Shown here in pieces: positions 13,984 to 22,640 of a DNA stretch of 64,000 bases. The position numbers and the translations under genes were made by a program. The stretch is taken from the IMG/VR virus record IMGVR_UViG_3300037418_000253. The stretch is one strand, 5' to 3'. How positions within the stretch are numbered: the first letter of the stretch is position 1; each line of letters opens with the position of its first letter. The notes beneath the pieces are model-generated. The model did no database searches and was not told the DNA's origin. It saw only the letters and a list, made by a program, of their open reading frames with translations. This DNA is from an uncultured virus (IMG/VR IMGVR_UViG_3300037418_000253). Its lineage: Duplodnaviria > Heunggongvirae > Uroviricota > Caudoviricetes.

Positions 13984-14520
13984 TCAACCCACCTCCCCCG
14001 GAATTACCACGGGTTCGGCCCTATTGGTTACCTTGGACAGACGACGGGCGACCTCTACCTTGCAGTGGTCGCAATCGCTGGTTACTTCCTTGAGGATGTT
14101 AATGAGAATCTGCTGCTTTTCTTCCATCTCGGCAAGCTCATCACCGAGGGCGGCATCGTCGTACAACCCGGCCTTTTGCAGCATGTCTACACGCTTGCCT
14201 TCGATATCGGCAAGGTTCTTCAAAACAGCGGCCTTGGTCTTGATATCCCCGGCATCGTCAGCCTGCTCCACGGTTTCCCAGGAGCGCTCGATAATCAGGG
14301 AGATATGCTTGTCAGCGCTGTGCAAAGCTTCGCGTGCTCGTTCCTTTACCTCGTCATCGTTGCGAGCAATTTCCTTATACTCGTCAATGTAGGTAAGCAC
14401 GTCTGCCCGCTTCATGCCAGTGGCACGAGCGATAGCTGTGGGATTATCTCCCTTGAGGTAGCGTTCCACCACCGCATTCATCTGCTCTATTCTATCGAGC
14501 AATTCGATTTCTTTACTCAT
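13984..14520 (-). CDS. HTH protein, possible terminase small subunit
   Basis: N-terminal HTH (PTAIARATGM); directly upstream of terL. Confidence 0.55.
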   Translation of the reverse strand: MSKEIELLDRIEQMNAVVERYLKGDNPTAIARATGMKRADVLTYIDEYKEIARNDDEVKERAREALHSADKHISLIIERSWETVEQADDAGDIKTKAAVLKNLADIEGKRVDMLQKAGLYDDAALGDELAEMEEKQQILINILKEVTSDCDHCKVEVARRLSKVTNRAEPVVIPGEVG

Positions 14521-14571
14521 AGCTTTCTCTCCGCTTGGGACCGGCCCATTTCTGAGCCGGTCCTTCGCAAT

Positions 14572-14886
14572 TTAACTAGAAGCCTTCTTGCGCCTTGGGC
14601 GCTTCGGCTTAACTACACGCTGAATCTGGTCCAGGCGGAAAGAGCGGAAGGCCGCCTTGTCCTCCATACAGTCAACCCAGACAGCTCCGGTGCGCTTATT
14701 CTTCGCGATACAGCGGAACTTGAACTCACCGCGCAGATACTTGATTCGAAACTTGGTTCCGGGAACAAGCGTGTCATTCCCGAACTGGTACTCGAATTCC
14801 GCCTCGATATCCGGATGCGTCTGGTAAGCCTGCTGCCACCATGCGTCGGGATTCGAGCCCATCTTGTTCTTTTGCCTAGGAGGCAT
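14572..14886 (-). CDS. hypothetical protein (104 aa)
   Basis: ORF track; TAATG coupling with the upstream ORF. Confidence 0.75.
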   Translation of the reverse strand: MPPRQKNKMGSNPDAWWQQAYQTHPDIEAEFEYQFGNDTLVPGTKFRIKYLRGEFKFRCIAKNKRTGAVWVDCMEDKAAFRSFRLDQIQRVVKPKRPRRKKASS

Positions 14887-15056
14887 TAGACCGCCAGTCC
14901 CTTTCCGGAGGTAGGAGCATAAACCCCGCCCGGAGCATCAATAGCTCGGACAAGTCGTTCCCCGCATTCACACCACTGACTATCGCGGTCCTTTATCGGG
15001 GCGTTCTTTTCAATGTCCCTGTCTTCCACCTGGCAGTAATACGAATAAATTGGCAT
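14886..15056 (-). CDS. 56-aa FmdB-like zinc-ribbon protein (MPIYSYYC...CECG)
   Basis: Hand translation; MPxYxYxC signature; SD AAAGGG. Confidence 0.75.
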   Translation of the reverse strand: MPIYSYYCQVEDRDIEKNAPIKDRDSQWCECGERLVRAIDAPGGVYAPTSGKGLAV

Positions 15057-15076
15057 TACGACCCTTTCTAATTACA

Positions 15077-15104
15077 ATTATATCCTAGTTGACTAGAATG
15101 TCAA
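15077..15104 (-). promoter_or_regulatory. sigma70/HrdB-type promoter
   Basis: TTGACA-N16-TATAAT. Confidence 0.55.
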
Positions 15105-15652
15105 ACAAGGAATCGGGAGGCGTACTCACGAACCTTATTCTCGAACTGCTCTTGAGTGCCCCCGTTGACGATGGTATCAAACTCCCAGTCATCCAGGGCA
15201 GTCTCCGACTTGTGACCATTAGCTGGTCCAGTGCCAGGACGAACAATCCGCAGAAGAGACCCGCCGCGACTCAGGATAGCAGACGCCTCGTTGGGGAAGC
15301 GCATGTCAGAGATTACGTAGTTGGAATCAGGGGCCATGCGATTAAACGTGGCGTCTACCCAGATGTTCTGGGAAATAAGCTCACGCCCGCATTCCGTACC
15401 AAGCCGCTGGAGGAGGTCTCGAACGCCTTCCGCCCACTGGGTACGCTTGTAACCGTTCCAGCCGTACTCGTCAATAATCCAGCGCAGTGGAGTGTAGAAT
15501 CCAAACTCGCTCATGATTGTCGGGTTCAGGGTATAGGCAAACTCTCGCAGAACATCAGCAAAAGCGATGCGCTTCCACCCCAGCTCTGCGAGAGCGTTTC
15601 CTGCCGTATCCTTTCCCGACCTGGCGTAGCCTGCCAGGCCCAGGATTTTCAT
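15101..15652 (-). CDS. deoxynucleoside monophosphate kinase
   Basis: GYARSGKDT P-loop; RDLLQRLGTECGR; SDMRFPNE; HKSE. Confidence 0.9.
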   Translation of the reverse strand: MKILGLAGYARSGKDTAGNALAELGWKRIAFADVLREFAYTLNPTIMSEFGFYTPLRWIIDEYGWNGYKRTQWAEGVRDLLQRLGTECGRELISQNIWVDATFNRMAPDSNYVISDMRFPNEASAILSRGGSLLRIVRPGTGPANGHKSETALDDWEFDTIVNGGTQEQFENKVREYASRFLV

Positions 15653-15653
15653 T

Positions 15654-16145
15654 TTACATGTACCTCAGAATGTTAAAGGCTTCACGGAGAGCCTTGGTGT
15701 CGTTGTAGGACGAGTGGTCGGGGGTCGTCAACTTGTAGCCCCGCTCCGTCAGCATGTCAAAGATATTCTTCATGCTCGGCACAAAGTCCAGATTGAACTT
15801 TGCCATTGCGTATGCCTCAATGTCAAGGACTCGGTAGTGACCAGTCCACAGCCCATTCTCCTCAAGGAAAGCCTTGTCGAAGGCCGGATTTGCCGAGACC
15901 ATTGTCTGGTCACGCAGAATTGTCTCGAAAATCATCATGTCCATCTCGCTCGCCTTAGGCTCATTCGCCACCCCGCGCTCGGTGAACTTGGTCAGATTGT
16001 CAATGAACTCTGGTACCTCGGTGACCCCGAAATAGAGCGTAATGAGCGGACCATCGTTACGGGCATATGTAAGTTCTACCAACTTATCAGTCTTTGGGTC
16101 CAGACCCGTAGTCTCACAGTCTACAAATACAAAATCTCTAATCAT
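15654..16145 (-). CDS. DnaQ-like (DEDDh) 3'-5' exonuclease
   Basis: DCETTGL, NPAFD, HSSYND. Confidence 0.85.
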   Translation of the reverse strand: MIRDFVFVDCETTGLDPKTDKLVELTYARNDGPLITLYFGVTEVPEFIDNLTKFTERGVANEPKASEMDMMIFETILRDQTMVSANPAFDKAFLEENGLWTGHYRVLDIEAYAMAKFNLDFVPSMKNIFDMLTERGYKLTTPDHSSYNDTKALREAFNILRYM

Positions 16146-16894
16146 CGCACCACAATCATGTGTAGGTCAGTGGAATTGACAAGCCAGTCCTTGTCAATGC
16201 TTTCTTCGTTTCCGTCGAAGTTTACTAGGCGAACCTCATGGTTAGCGAACAGCTCATCTGCAAACTTCTGAGCATCAAAGCGGGAGGACTCCCACTCAAG
16301 GATAGTAGTTACCCTGTTGTGCGCACGAGTTTCCTCAGAACCCGCCCAAATTAGCGGCTCGGCACCCTCGGCGTCAATCTTCATGAGGATATTCTGACCG
16401 ACCATGGCGTTTGTCTTGTCCAGCGTCGAAGCCTTAATCTCGATGCCCGAGGTCGCCAGGTGTGCTCCACCGGAATGTCCTTCGGGAACCAGCAACTTCT
16501 TCTTCCCCGCCCGATTAGACAAAGCGACACGCTGCAAGTTAATGTCAACCCTATTGTGCTTGGCAGCTCGCTCTAGAAGGTCTGCCACCGTTGGGTTCGG
16601 CTCATAGGCCGTGACATGCAGGCCAGACTTGGCCGCTGCCATCGAATAGTAGCCTACGTTGGCACCCACGTCAATGAAGTGGTCGTTCTCTGGGAACCGG
16701 TTGCTCATCCACACGGTAATCCATGCTTCCCAAAAACCGTCCGTCTTCATCCAGGGGGTGAATGCCTTATCCTCGGGCTCGCAGTAAAGCCAGAACGAGG
16801 ACAGACCCCGCGCAATTACTGCGTCCTCAGATTCGTACCAACAGACACCAGCACGGCCGATGCGCTCGACATCAGCTCTGTCATAATACTCCAT
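16142..16894 (-). CDS. FkbM-family SAM methyltransferase
   Basis: IDVGANVGYYS, YEPNP, MKIDAEGAE. Confidence 0.88.
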   Translation of the reverse strand: MEYYDRADVERIGRAGVCWYESEDAVIARGLSSFWLYCEPEDKAFTPWMKTDGFWEAWITVWMSNRFPENDHFIDVGANVGYYSMAAAKSGLHVTAYEPNPTVADLLERAAKHNRVDINLQRVALSNRAGKKKLLVPEGHSGGAHLATSGIEIKASTLDKTNAMVGQNILMKIDAEGAEPLIWAGSEETRAHNRVTTILEWESSRFDAQKFADELFANHEVRLVNFDGNEESIDKDWLVNSTDLHMIVVR

Positions 16895-16895
16895 G

Positions 16896-17042
16896 CTACC
16901 TCTTCTTGATTAGTCCGTGTTCCTGGAGCTTACGGTAAATGGTCATATGACTAACCCCGCACTCCTTGGCAATTTCTTCTGGCGACTTCTTGTCCACAAG
17001 GAAACGCTTACGCAGCCAAATTTTGGAATTATACAACTTCAT
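16896..17042 (-). CDS. 48-aa HTH DNA-binding protein
   Basis: Hand translation ...KSPEEIAKECGVSHMTIYRKL... Confidence 0.75.
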   Translation of the reverse strand: MKLYNSKIWLRKRFLVDKKSPEEIAKECGVSHMTIYRKLQEHGLIKKR

Positions 17043-17514
17043 CGAGCCCAACGAATCTCAAAACCTTCCTGTCTGGGTCAATTCTCATAACTAGCCGGTC
17101 ATTTTCTACAGCGTATCTAACGCAGTTGAACGTCCCGCCGTAAGGCTTTCCATCCCAGACTGCAATCATGGCGTCTACTTCATCAACAATCCACTCGTTG
17201 CGTTTCTGGTAAACCCAGGCCCCAGGGTACTCCTCGTAGTCGGTCACATTGACAACGTGCAAGGAATGCTTGACGACCTTCTCGTATTCTATTTGGTCCG
17301 CAATCCGGGGCTTGTGTCCTGCCCACGGCTTTACACAGACATAAGAAATTTTGAGTTTCCAAGCCTCCTTGGCAGACCATAGGTCAACCCCGGCAGCCAT
17401 TCCCTGATAAAATCGGGTCGCTCCGAAATGCTGGATGGCTTCGGAGATGAGGTCCTTAATTGGCTCGGGCTCCGAAATTCGCTCGGGCCGGTGGCCAGTG
17501 ATTCCTACTCTCAT
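17029..17514 (-). CDS. SLOG/YspA (DprA-like) nucleotide-binding protein
   Basis: ITGHRP, GMAAGVD, RNEWIVD, WDGKPYGGT. Confidence 0.82.
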   Translation of the reverse strand: MRVGITGHRPERISEPEPIKDLISEAIQHFGATRFYQGMAAGVDLWSAKEAWKLKISYVCVKPWAGHKPRIADQIEYEKVVKHSLHVVNVTDYEEYPGAWVYQKRNEWIVDEVDAMIAVWDGKPYGGTFNCVRYAVENDRLVMRIDPDRKVLRFVGLDEVV

Positions 17515-17576
17515 ACTTCCTCCCTGAAAAGCTTAAGGGGACCAGTTGCCCGGTCCCCTCATACTACCACACGTAC

Positions 17577-18152
17577 CTACCGAGATGTAAGGGTGTGGTA
17601 CGCAAAATAAGCGATACCCGCGCTGTCGCCAACATCATTATCCGTCAGCTCCATGTGCGGCCACTTCTTATTGAAGAAGTCCATCGTGCGCTGCTTACGA
17701 ATCTCTCTGACCTTCGTAGAGTACCACGACACTGACTTCCCCGGAAACTCCACCTTCAAAGCATCCTTCTCAGCCTTCTTGAAGTTTGGATTCCCGATAT
17801 ATGACTGCCATTCCAGAGGCTTGACGGTAACAACCTTGACGTTCTTCCGCATCAGCTCTGCAATACAGGCACCGTAGACCATCGCCAGCTTAATCGTGAC
17901 ATCCGGATTTTTCACCTTAGCCATGATGGCACCTTCAAAGGCAATATAGTCTACGTCAAACTCATCCTTCACAGCCCGCAGCTTATCTGCTGCATCGGCA
18001 AGCCGCTCGAAAACATCAGCGCCCTCGAAGTTTATCTTGCCCCAGTGGATTGGCCTGCGGTTGTAAAAGATGGTAAAAGCCAGCGCGTGTGTTGAACAGT
18101 CAATGCCCATCACCTTGCTGGCTTTAGTTCTTTTTAGAACTGCTAGTCCCAC
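17577..18152 (-). CDS. ruvC: RuvC-like Holliday junction resolvase
   Basis: MGIDCS, IAFE, DVGDSAGIA acidic catalytic pattern. Confidence 0.75.
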   Translation of the reverse strand: MGLAVLKRTKASKVMGIDCSTHALAFTIFYNRRPIHWGKINFEGADVFERLADAADKLRAVKDEFDVDYIAFEGAIMAKVKNPDVTIKLAMVYGACIAELMRKNVKVVTVKPLEWQSYIGNPNFKKAEKDALKVEFPGKSVSWYSTKVREIRKQRTMDFFNKKWPHMELTDNDVGDSAGIAYFAYHTLTSR

Positions 18153-18434
18153 TTATAGACCCACAATATTTAGCAACTGCTGCCTCCGCTCAGTTTCCTG
18201 AGCCGCAGCACACTTCTGGCAAATCTTCCCGTCATTGTATCGCGACAGACGAGTTTCACAGCCGGAAGCGGCGCATACGCGAATGCGACCCTGCCTTCGC
18301 GCCTTCTTCTCATAATACTGCTTCATGAGACGAGCATTAGTGGCACGACGGCAACAATCGTCAGAGCAGTAACGCTGGTTATGCGTCTTGGGCTCAAACT
18401 CAAGACCACATTCAGCGTATGCGCAAATCCTCAC
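18153..18434 (-). CDS. Cys-rich Zn-binding hypothetical protein
   Basis: Multiple CxxxxC/CxxC motifs. Confidence 0.75.
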   Translation of the reverse strand: MRICAYAECGLEFEPKTHNQRYCSDDCCRRATNARLMKQYYEKKARRQGRIRVCAASGCETRLSRYNDGKICQKCAAAQETERRQQLLNIVGL

Positions 18435-19213
18435 AGCGTTGGAACCTCCATGCGAGGAATGTCCTCGACACCCTCCGGAGATTCATCACTCCAGCACCAA
18501 TCCTTTACGGGACAGCCCTGGCAAACCTTAACCTGCTTCTTCCACGGACGAACCGGAGCTGACTCGTCCTCGTATGACTTATAAACAGTGCGCATCCAAT
18601 CGAGCGCATTGTCCAGAATCTCGGCGTTCTTCTCGGTCATCTCGATTGGGATAACCAAGAACTCCTGAGAATTCTTGTTCTCATACAGAAGGAATCCGTA
18701 CTGACGCTCACGGGCTCGCATGTAAATAAGAATCTGGAACAGGTGGTTAGCGCTAGGCTTACCGGATGCCTCACGGACAAGGAACGCTTCCTGGCGAGTA
18801 GTCTTAATCTCACCAATAACCGGCTCGCCCTTCCAATCGATTTCAACGTCAGCATAGCCGCGAATAGGCGGGTCAATCATCGTGATTTCGATTTCGTTGC
18901 CCAGGCGAATACCCGAGTCATCGAACAACTTCTCAATACGCTCGTGCGCCTGAGTACCATTCGCCATATTGGCGATGCCGAGGGCATCTACGGTCTCCAC
19001 GAAGGGAGCACCGGAAAAGGCCAGGAACCAATACCGGGGGCAGGTTCCGTGGCCATATCCGATTGTGCTGGGGGAAAACGTCTTCTTCTGGGTATGCTTA
19101 TCCTGACGCCTTTGCTGCATATAGCTCTCTTCGAGCAATGTTGCCAGCTCGTTCGCGTTGAAGCCATCAGGCTGCTTTCGGAACTTAAGGCCGGAGATTA
19201 TATTTCGTGACAA
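18431..19213 (-). CDS. Cas4-like PD-(D/E)XK exonuclease
   Basis: CPR, GTQAH, GYAD...EIKT, Q..Y, CxxCPxxxxC Fe-S pattern. Confidence 0.85.
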   Translation of the reverse strand: MSRNIISGLKFRKQPDGFNANELATLLEESYMQQRRQDKHTQKKTFSPSTIGYGHGTCPRYWFLAFSGAPFVETVDALGIANMANGTQAHERIEKLFDDSGIRLGNEIEITMIDPPIRGYADVEIDWKGEPVIGEIKTTRQEAFLVREASGKPSANHLFQILIYMRARERQYGFLLYENKNSQEFLVIPIEMTEKNAEILDNALDWMRTVYKSYEDESAPVRPWKKQVKVCQGCPVKDWCWSDESPEGVEDIPRMEVPTL

Positions 19214-19268
19214 GTCTTTAATCCTTTTCGTTTATACCCATTATAGCATTCCCCCACCAACTTTTCTA

Positions 19269-19607
19269 CTACGCCCTGGCAGCGTACTTGAGAGCGTCTA
19301 CGAGACGGTCAAGCGCTTCCTTGGTGGAATAGTAAATATTCTTCTTGTGGTTGTTGTCCGTACCCGCCCGGTCCTTCTTGATGGTTGCGTACTCAACCGC
19401 ATGGACAGCGAACTTGAACGAAATTGCCTGTAGCTCAACAATCAACTTAGGAGCCTTGGTCGCTGCAATATCCGGCTGTGCCAGACATTTGATTGCCAGG
19501 TCGAGGGCACGGTCTAGGTGCTGGTCCTGCATGAACTCAGACAGGTCGTTGAACTCGGTAATCTTGGAGATAGTCTCCAATGGGTGCTCTGCGTTGTACT
19601 CGCTCAC
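19269..19607 (-). CDS. hypothetical protein (112 aa)
   Basis: ORF track; operonic overlap. Confidence 0.75.
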   Translation of the reverse strand: MSEYNAEHPLETISKITEFNDLSEFMQDQHLDRALDLAIKCLAQPDIAATKAPKLIVELQAISFKFAVHAVEYATIKKDRAGTDNNHKKNIYYSTKEALDRLVDALKYAARA

Positions 19608-19849
19608 TTAAACCTCTTATTCTGCTCTGGCTTAGAGAGCCCGCCGCCAATTGTGCTGGTTGTGATAATTCCTACAGGCGTCTCGAGCTCATAGACTTCC
19701 CACTCCTTTTCAGGGTCCACATCGGACAGGTAGCTGTCAAGGAAGTAATCCTCCATGCCATCCGCCTCCGCTGCCTTGAATGCCTCGTAATCCTCATCAT
19801 CCAGGTCAAACTCAAAGACCTGCTCGGGCACTGTAATCCGCAGCCTCAT
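19604..19849 (-). CDS. acidic hypothetical protein
   Basis: ATGA overlap with the upstream gene. Confidence 0.7.
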   Translation of the reverse strand: MRLRITVPEQVFEFDLDDEDYEAFKAAEADGMEDYFLDSYLSDVDPEKEWEVYELETPVGIITTSTIGGGLSKPEQNKRFK

Positions 19850-20175
19850 TCTTCGTACTTCTCCTTCCAAGCCTCCAGCATCTCATGAAACATGGAGTCT
19901 CCAATTACCCACAGCCGGGTCTTTGGTGTCTTGGATTCTGGGTCATCATCGTCTCGAATAACCAACTTGAGAGCTGGCTGCCGACGACCATTATTGATGG
20001 CGTCCGTGGAAATCTTAGCCCAGAATTCCTTGCTGACGCCGAAGGTCTTGTTGTATTCCTTATAATCGACAAGAAACGGTTCTAGAATGGCGTCACCCTT
20101 ATTCGTTCCCTTCGACCGCCCGGAATTCTTCACGGGCGTAGCGCCATCGCGCTTTATCTCTGCTGCTTCGCTCAT
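19846..20175 (-). CDS. putative PD-(D/E)XK nuclease / Hjc-like resolvase
   Basis: NSG...KGD...VDYK pattern; ATGA overlap. Confidence 0.6.
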   Translation of the reverse strand: MSEAAEIKRDGATPVKNSGRSKGTNKGDAILEPFLVDYKEYNKTFGVSKEFWAKISTDAINNGRRQPALKLVIRDDDDPESKTPKTRLWVIGDSMFHEMLEAWKEKYEE

Positions 20176-20366
20176 AGCTGGAAGTCCTCGATGTAACTGA
20201 TGTGCCCCTCGGAGCACTTCCATTTCAGAATCTTCTCGACCTGAAAATATTCAGCCTCATCAATTTGCTCAAAACAGGTTTGGCACCCAAAGGCTCCGTC
20301 AATCGGAATTCCCTTGGGTGCCTCATCCTGCCTAGGCTGCTGAGCGATAAAATCGCTAAACTTCAT
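20172..20366 (-). CDS. small Zn-binding protein (CxxC...CxxxH)
   Basis: ORF track, start adjusted. Confidence 0.7.
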   Translation of the reverse strand: MKFSDFIAQQPRQDEAPKGIPIDGAFGCQTCFEQIDEAEYFQVEKILKWKCSEGHISYIEDFQL

Positions 20367-21381
20367 CAGTTTCCGGAAGCTCACCCGTTAGGACGAGCGT
20401 AATCCTTTCCTTAAGTGTATTCAGCAGCGCCGCATCCTCGCGGAGTGTGGCAATGACCTTTGGACGGCCCTGGTACTGCTTCTCTTCAACAGTGTACCAT
20501 GCGCCCTTCTTTGTCACAATGCCAAACGCTTCGGCGGTATCGACAACCTCACCAACCGCGTCGATTCCAACAAAATCCCCAGCATAATAAAGGTCGTACT
20601 TGCCCTTACGCGACTGCGGACCCAATTTGTTCTTCTCGACGTAGTATTCAACCTTACGCCCAATTGGAGCCTCAATCACAAGGTCTCCGACGTAGGAGTT
20701 ACCCATAATCTGCTGACCCTCGGTGTTAGAACTGGTCAACTTGATAATCTGGGAAGAAGCGAAGGGGACCTTCTGGCCACCATGCGGAACCTGCTTGACG
20801 TAGGTCTGCTCAATCTTGGTGGTCGTCTGGGAAATCAGCACTACCGCCGTACTATCGTTCTCGTAGTGAATGGCGTTGACCATCATCGTACAAGACTTGG
20901 CGTGAGCACCCAGCTGCTTCATCTTATCGAACTCTACTGCCTCTCCGTCCTTGTCAACAAAGACTTCGGGGAGAGCGTCACTGATGGAGTCGATAACGAC
21001 CATATCGATACCCGCCCGAATAAGCGGCATAATCTCATCAGTAATTCCACCGAACGACTTCTTCTGAATCAGAATCAGTTCGTCGTTATCGATACCCAAC
21101 TTGGCACCGAAACTCTTTTCGTACGTACCCTCAACGTCCACCCAGGCACATACCTTGCCCTGCTTCTGGAGCAAACCGATGGTCTGCATCATCAGAACGG
21201 ACTTACCGGAGCTGGTGTTTCCGTACACCAGGGTAATACGTCCGGCACCAATTCCGCCACCGAGGGCGTGAGTCAGGCCGCTAGAAGCCACGGGAAACTT
21301 GACCAGCTCAATCTGCTGAGCCGTCTTGAGTCGCTTCGCGGTCTTCGGGTCCAACTTGGACAGGAAATCTTCAAGAGCCAC
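20356..21381 (-). CDS. recA: RecA/UvsX-like recombinase
   Basis: GNTSSGKS Walker A, VIDS Walker B, GGQKV, KNK, KGAWY. Confidence 0.93.
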   Translation of the reverse strand: MALEDFLSKLDPKTAKRLKTAQQIELVKFPVASSGLTHALGGGIGAGRITLVYGNTSSGKSVLMMQTIGLLQKQGKVCAWVDVEGTYEKSFGAKLGIDNDELILIQKKSFGGITDEIMPLIRAGIDMVVIDSISDALPEVFVDKDGEAVEFDKMKQLGAHAKSCTMMVNAIHYENDSTAVVLISQTTTKIEQTYVKQVPHGGQKVPFASSQIIKLTSSNTEGQQIMGNSYVGDLVIEAPIGRKVEYYVEKNKLGPQSRKGKYDLYYAGDFVGIDAVGEVVDTAEAFGIVTKKGAWYTVEEKQYQGRPKVIATLREDAALLNTLKERITLVLTGELPETDEV

Positions 21382-21558
21382 TTACTTTTTTTCTCCTTCA
21401 TACCAATGTAGTTCTAGTTGTTGGGCAAGCGCCTTCGTTTGTTTATCGCGACTGGCGCACAGCCGCTGAATAATACGCAAAAGTTCCTCCGGGTCGTCAG
21501 AGCGAAAAACCAGGATGTGGTCTTCGTTGACTCCCCGGAGGAAGTAGCCATTTACCAT
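21382..21558 (-). CDS. 58-aa hypothetical protein (MVNGYFLRGVNEDH...)
   Basis: Hand translation; fills the dut-recA gap. Confidence 0.65.
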   Translation of the reverse strand: MVNGYFLRGVNEDHILVFRSDDPEELLRIIQRLCASRDKQTKALAQQLELHWYEGEKK

Positions 21559-21570
21559 AACCTCAGTATA

Positions 21571-22008
21571 CTATACCGAGACCATTCCAGTCGAGCCGAA
21601 GCCGTTGACTCCTCGCTCAGTTTCCTCAAGGGATTCAACTTCAACCCACTGCACATGCTCATAACGCTGAATCACGAGCTGAGCAATTCGGTCGCCCGGT
21701 TGGAAAAATAGGGTGTCGTCACCGTGGTTAATAAGGATTGCCTTAATCTCTCCACGATATCCGGAGTCGATGGTGCCGGGAGCGTTGGTCACGGAGACGC
21801 CATACCGAGCTGCCAGACCCGAGCGAGGATGGACGAACGCTGCGTAGCCGTCCGGAACCGCGATGGCCACTCCAGTGCCCACCACAATCTGCTCCCCAGG
21901 CTTTAGAACAAATGCGTCCGTCGTCGTAATATCCGCACCCGCGTCTCCCAGGCGGGCATAACGCGGAGCCTCTGCATTTTCGCGCAGGCGGGTGAACTCA
22001 ATCTTCAA
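21571..22008 (-). CDS. dut: dUTPase
   Basis: AGAD, PRSGLA, GTIDSGYRGE, RIAQL, RGxxGFGSTG. Confidence 0.97.
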   Translation of the reverse strand: MKIEFTRLRENAEAPRYARLGDAGADITTTDAFVLKPGEQIVVGTGVAIAVPDGYAAFVHPRSGLAARYGVSVTNAPGTIDSGYRGEIKAILINHGDDTLFFQPGDRIAQLVIQRYEHVQWVEVESLEETERGVNGFGSTGMVSV

Positions 22009-22183
22009 CGGGAATCTCCTCGGTGATACTCATGGCGATGGTAGCCCCATCGTCCTCTAGGTCGAACGCGATGGCTCCAGATACATTACGGAAGGCGTCG
22101 TAGGGGATACGAATTACGCCTCCAGCCTCTTCAATTGCAGCCGCCAGGAATGGGGCTAGGTCAATTTGTGTCGGCTCGGTCAT
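21998..22183 (-). CDS. hypothetical protein
   Basis: ATG 22183 with SD GAGGAGG. Confidence 0.7.
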   Translation of the reverse strand: MTEPTQIDLAPFLAAAIEEAGGVIRIPYDAFRNVSGAIAFDLEDDGATIAMSITEEIPVED

Positions 22184-22191
22184 TTTCCTCC

Positions 22192-22596
22192 TCATGTTTG
22201 GTTTGCATTGAACGTTCCAGGTTCTTCTGAAACAGAAGACCATAGTGCAAATGACTCTGGAGTCAAGATACTCGAAAGCTGCCTCTTGACGCCACTTGGC
22301 AGAGCGGTTTCATTTTGCGAGTCAATGGCGGACTTAATTTCTTCACGGTTTGGATAATGGTCGTTCTTGTCGGCAGGAACAAGGTAATCATACGACTGGC
22401 CCCCGTGAAGAATTATCCTAATCACAAAGTGAGTTCTAGTGCCGTTGTACTCGCTCATGTCTACTGGATTCAGCCTGGCTTCGAGAGGATAATCCTCGGC
22501 AACTCCATAAGAGCCACCGTCCGCCAACTCATGTTCGAACCAACTATCGTGCAGATAATCTCGGTGCTTTATAAAAGCACCCCTCCACAATTCCAT
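22192..22596 (-). CDS. hypothetical protein
   Basis: ATG with SD AAGGAGG, downstream of a hairpin. Confidence 0.65.
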   Translation of the reverse strand: MELWRGAFIKHRDYLHDSWFEHELADGGSYGVAEDYPLEARLNPVDMSEYNGTRTHFVIRIILHGGQSYDYLVPADKNDHYPNREEIKSAIDSQNETALPSGVKRQLSSILTPESFALWSSVSEEPGTFNANQT

Positions 22597-22640
22597 GCAT
22601 TTTCCTCCTTTAAAGCTTGCCGCCCCGAAGGGCGGCGGGG

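Noticed and set aside
18431..19213. Cas4-like gene as evidence of a CRISPR-Cas system
   Set aside because: No repeat-spacer array or other cas genes seen; solo Cas4-like nucleases are common in phage recombination modules.
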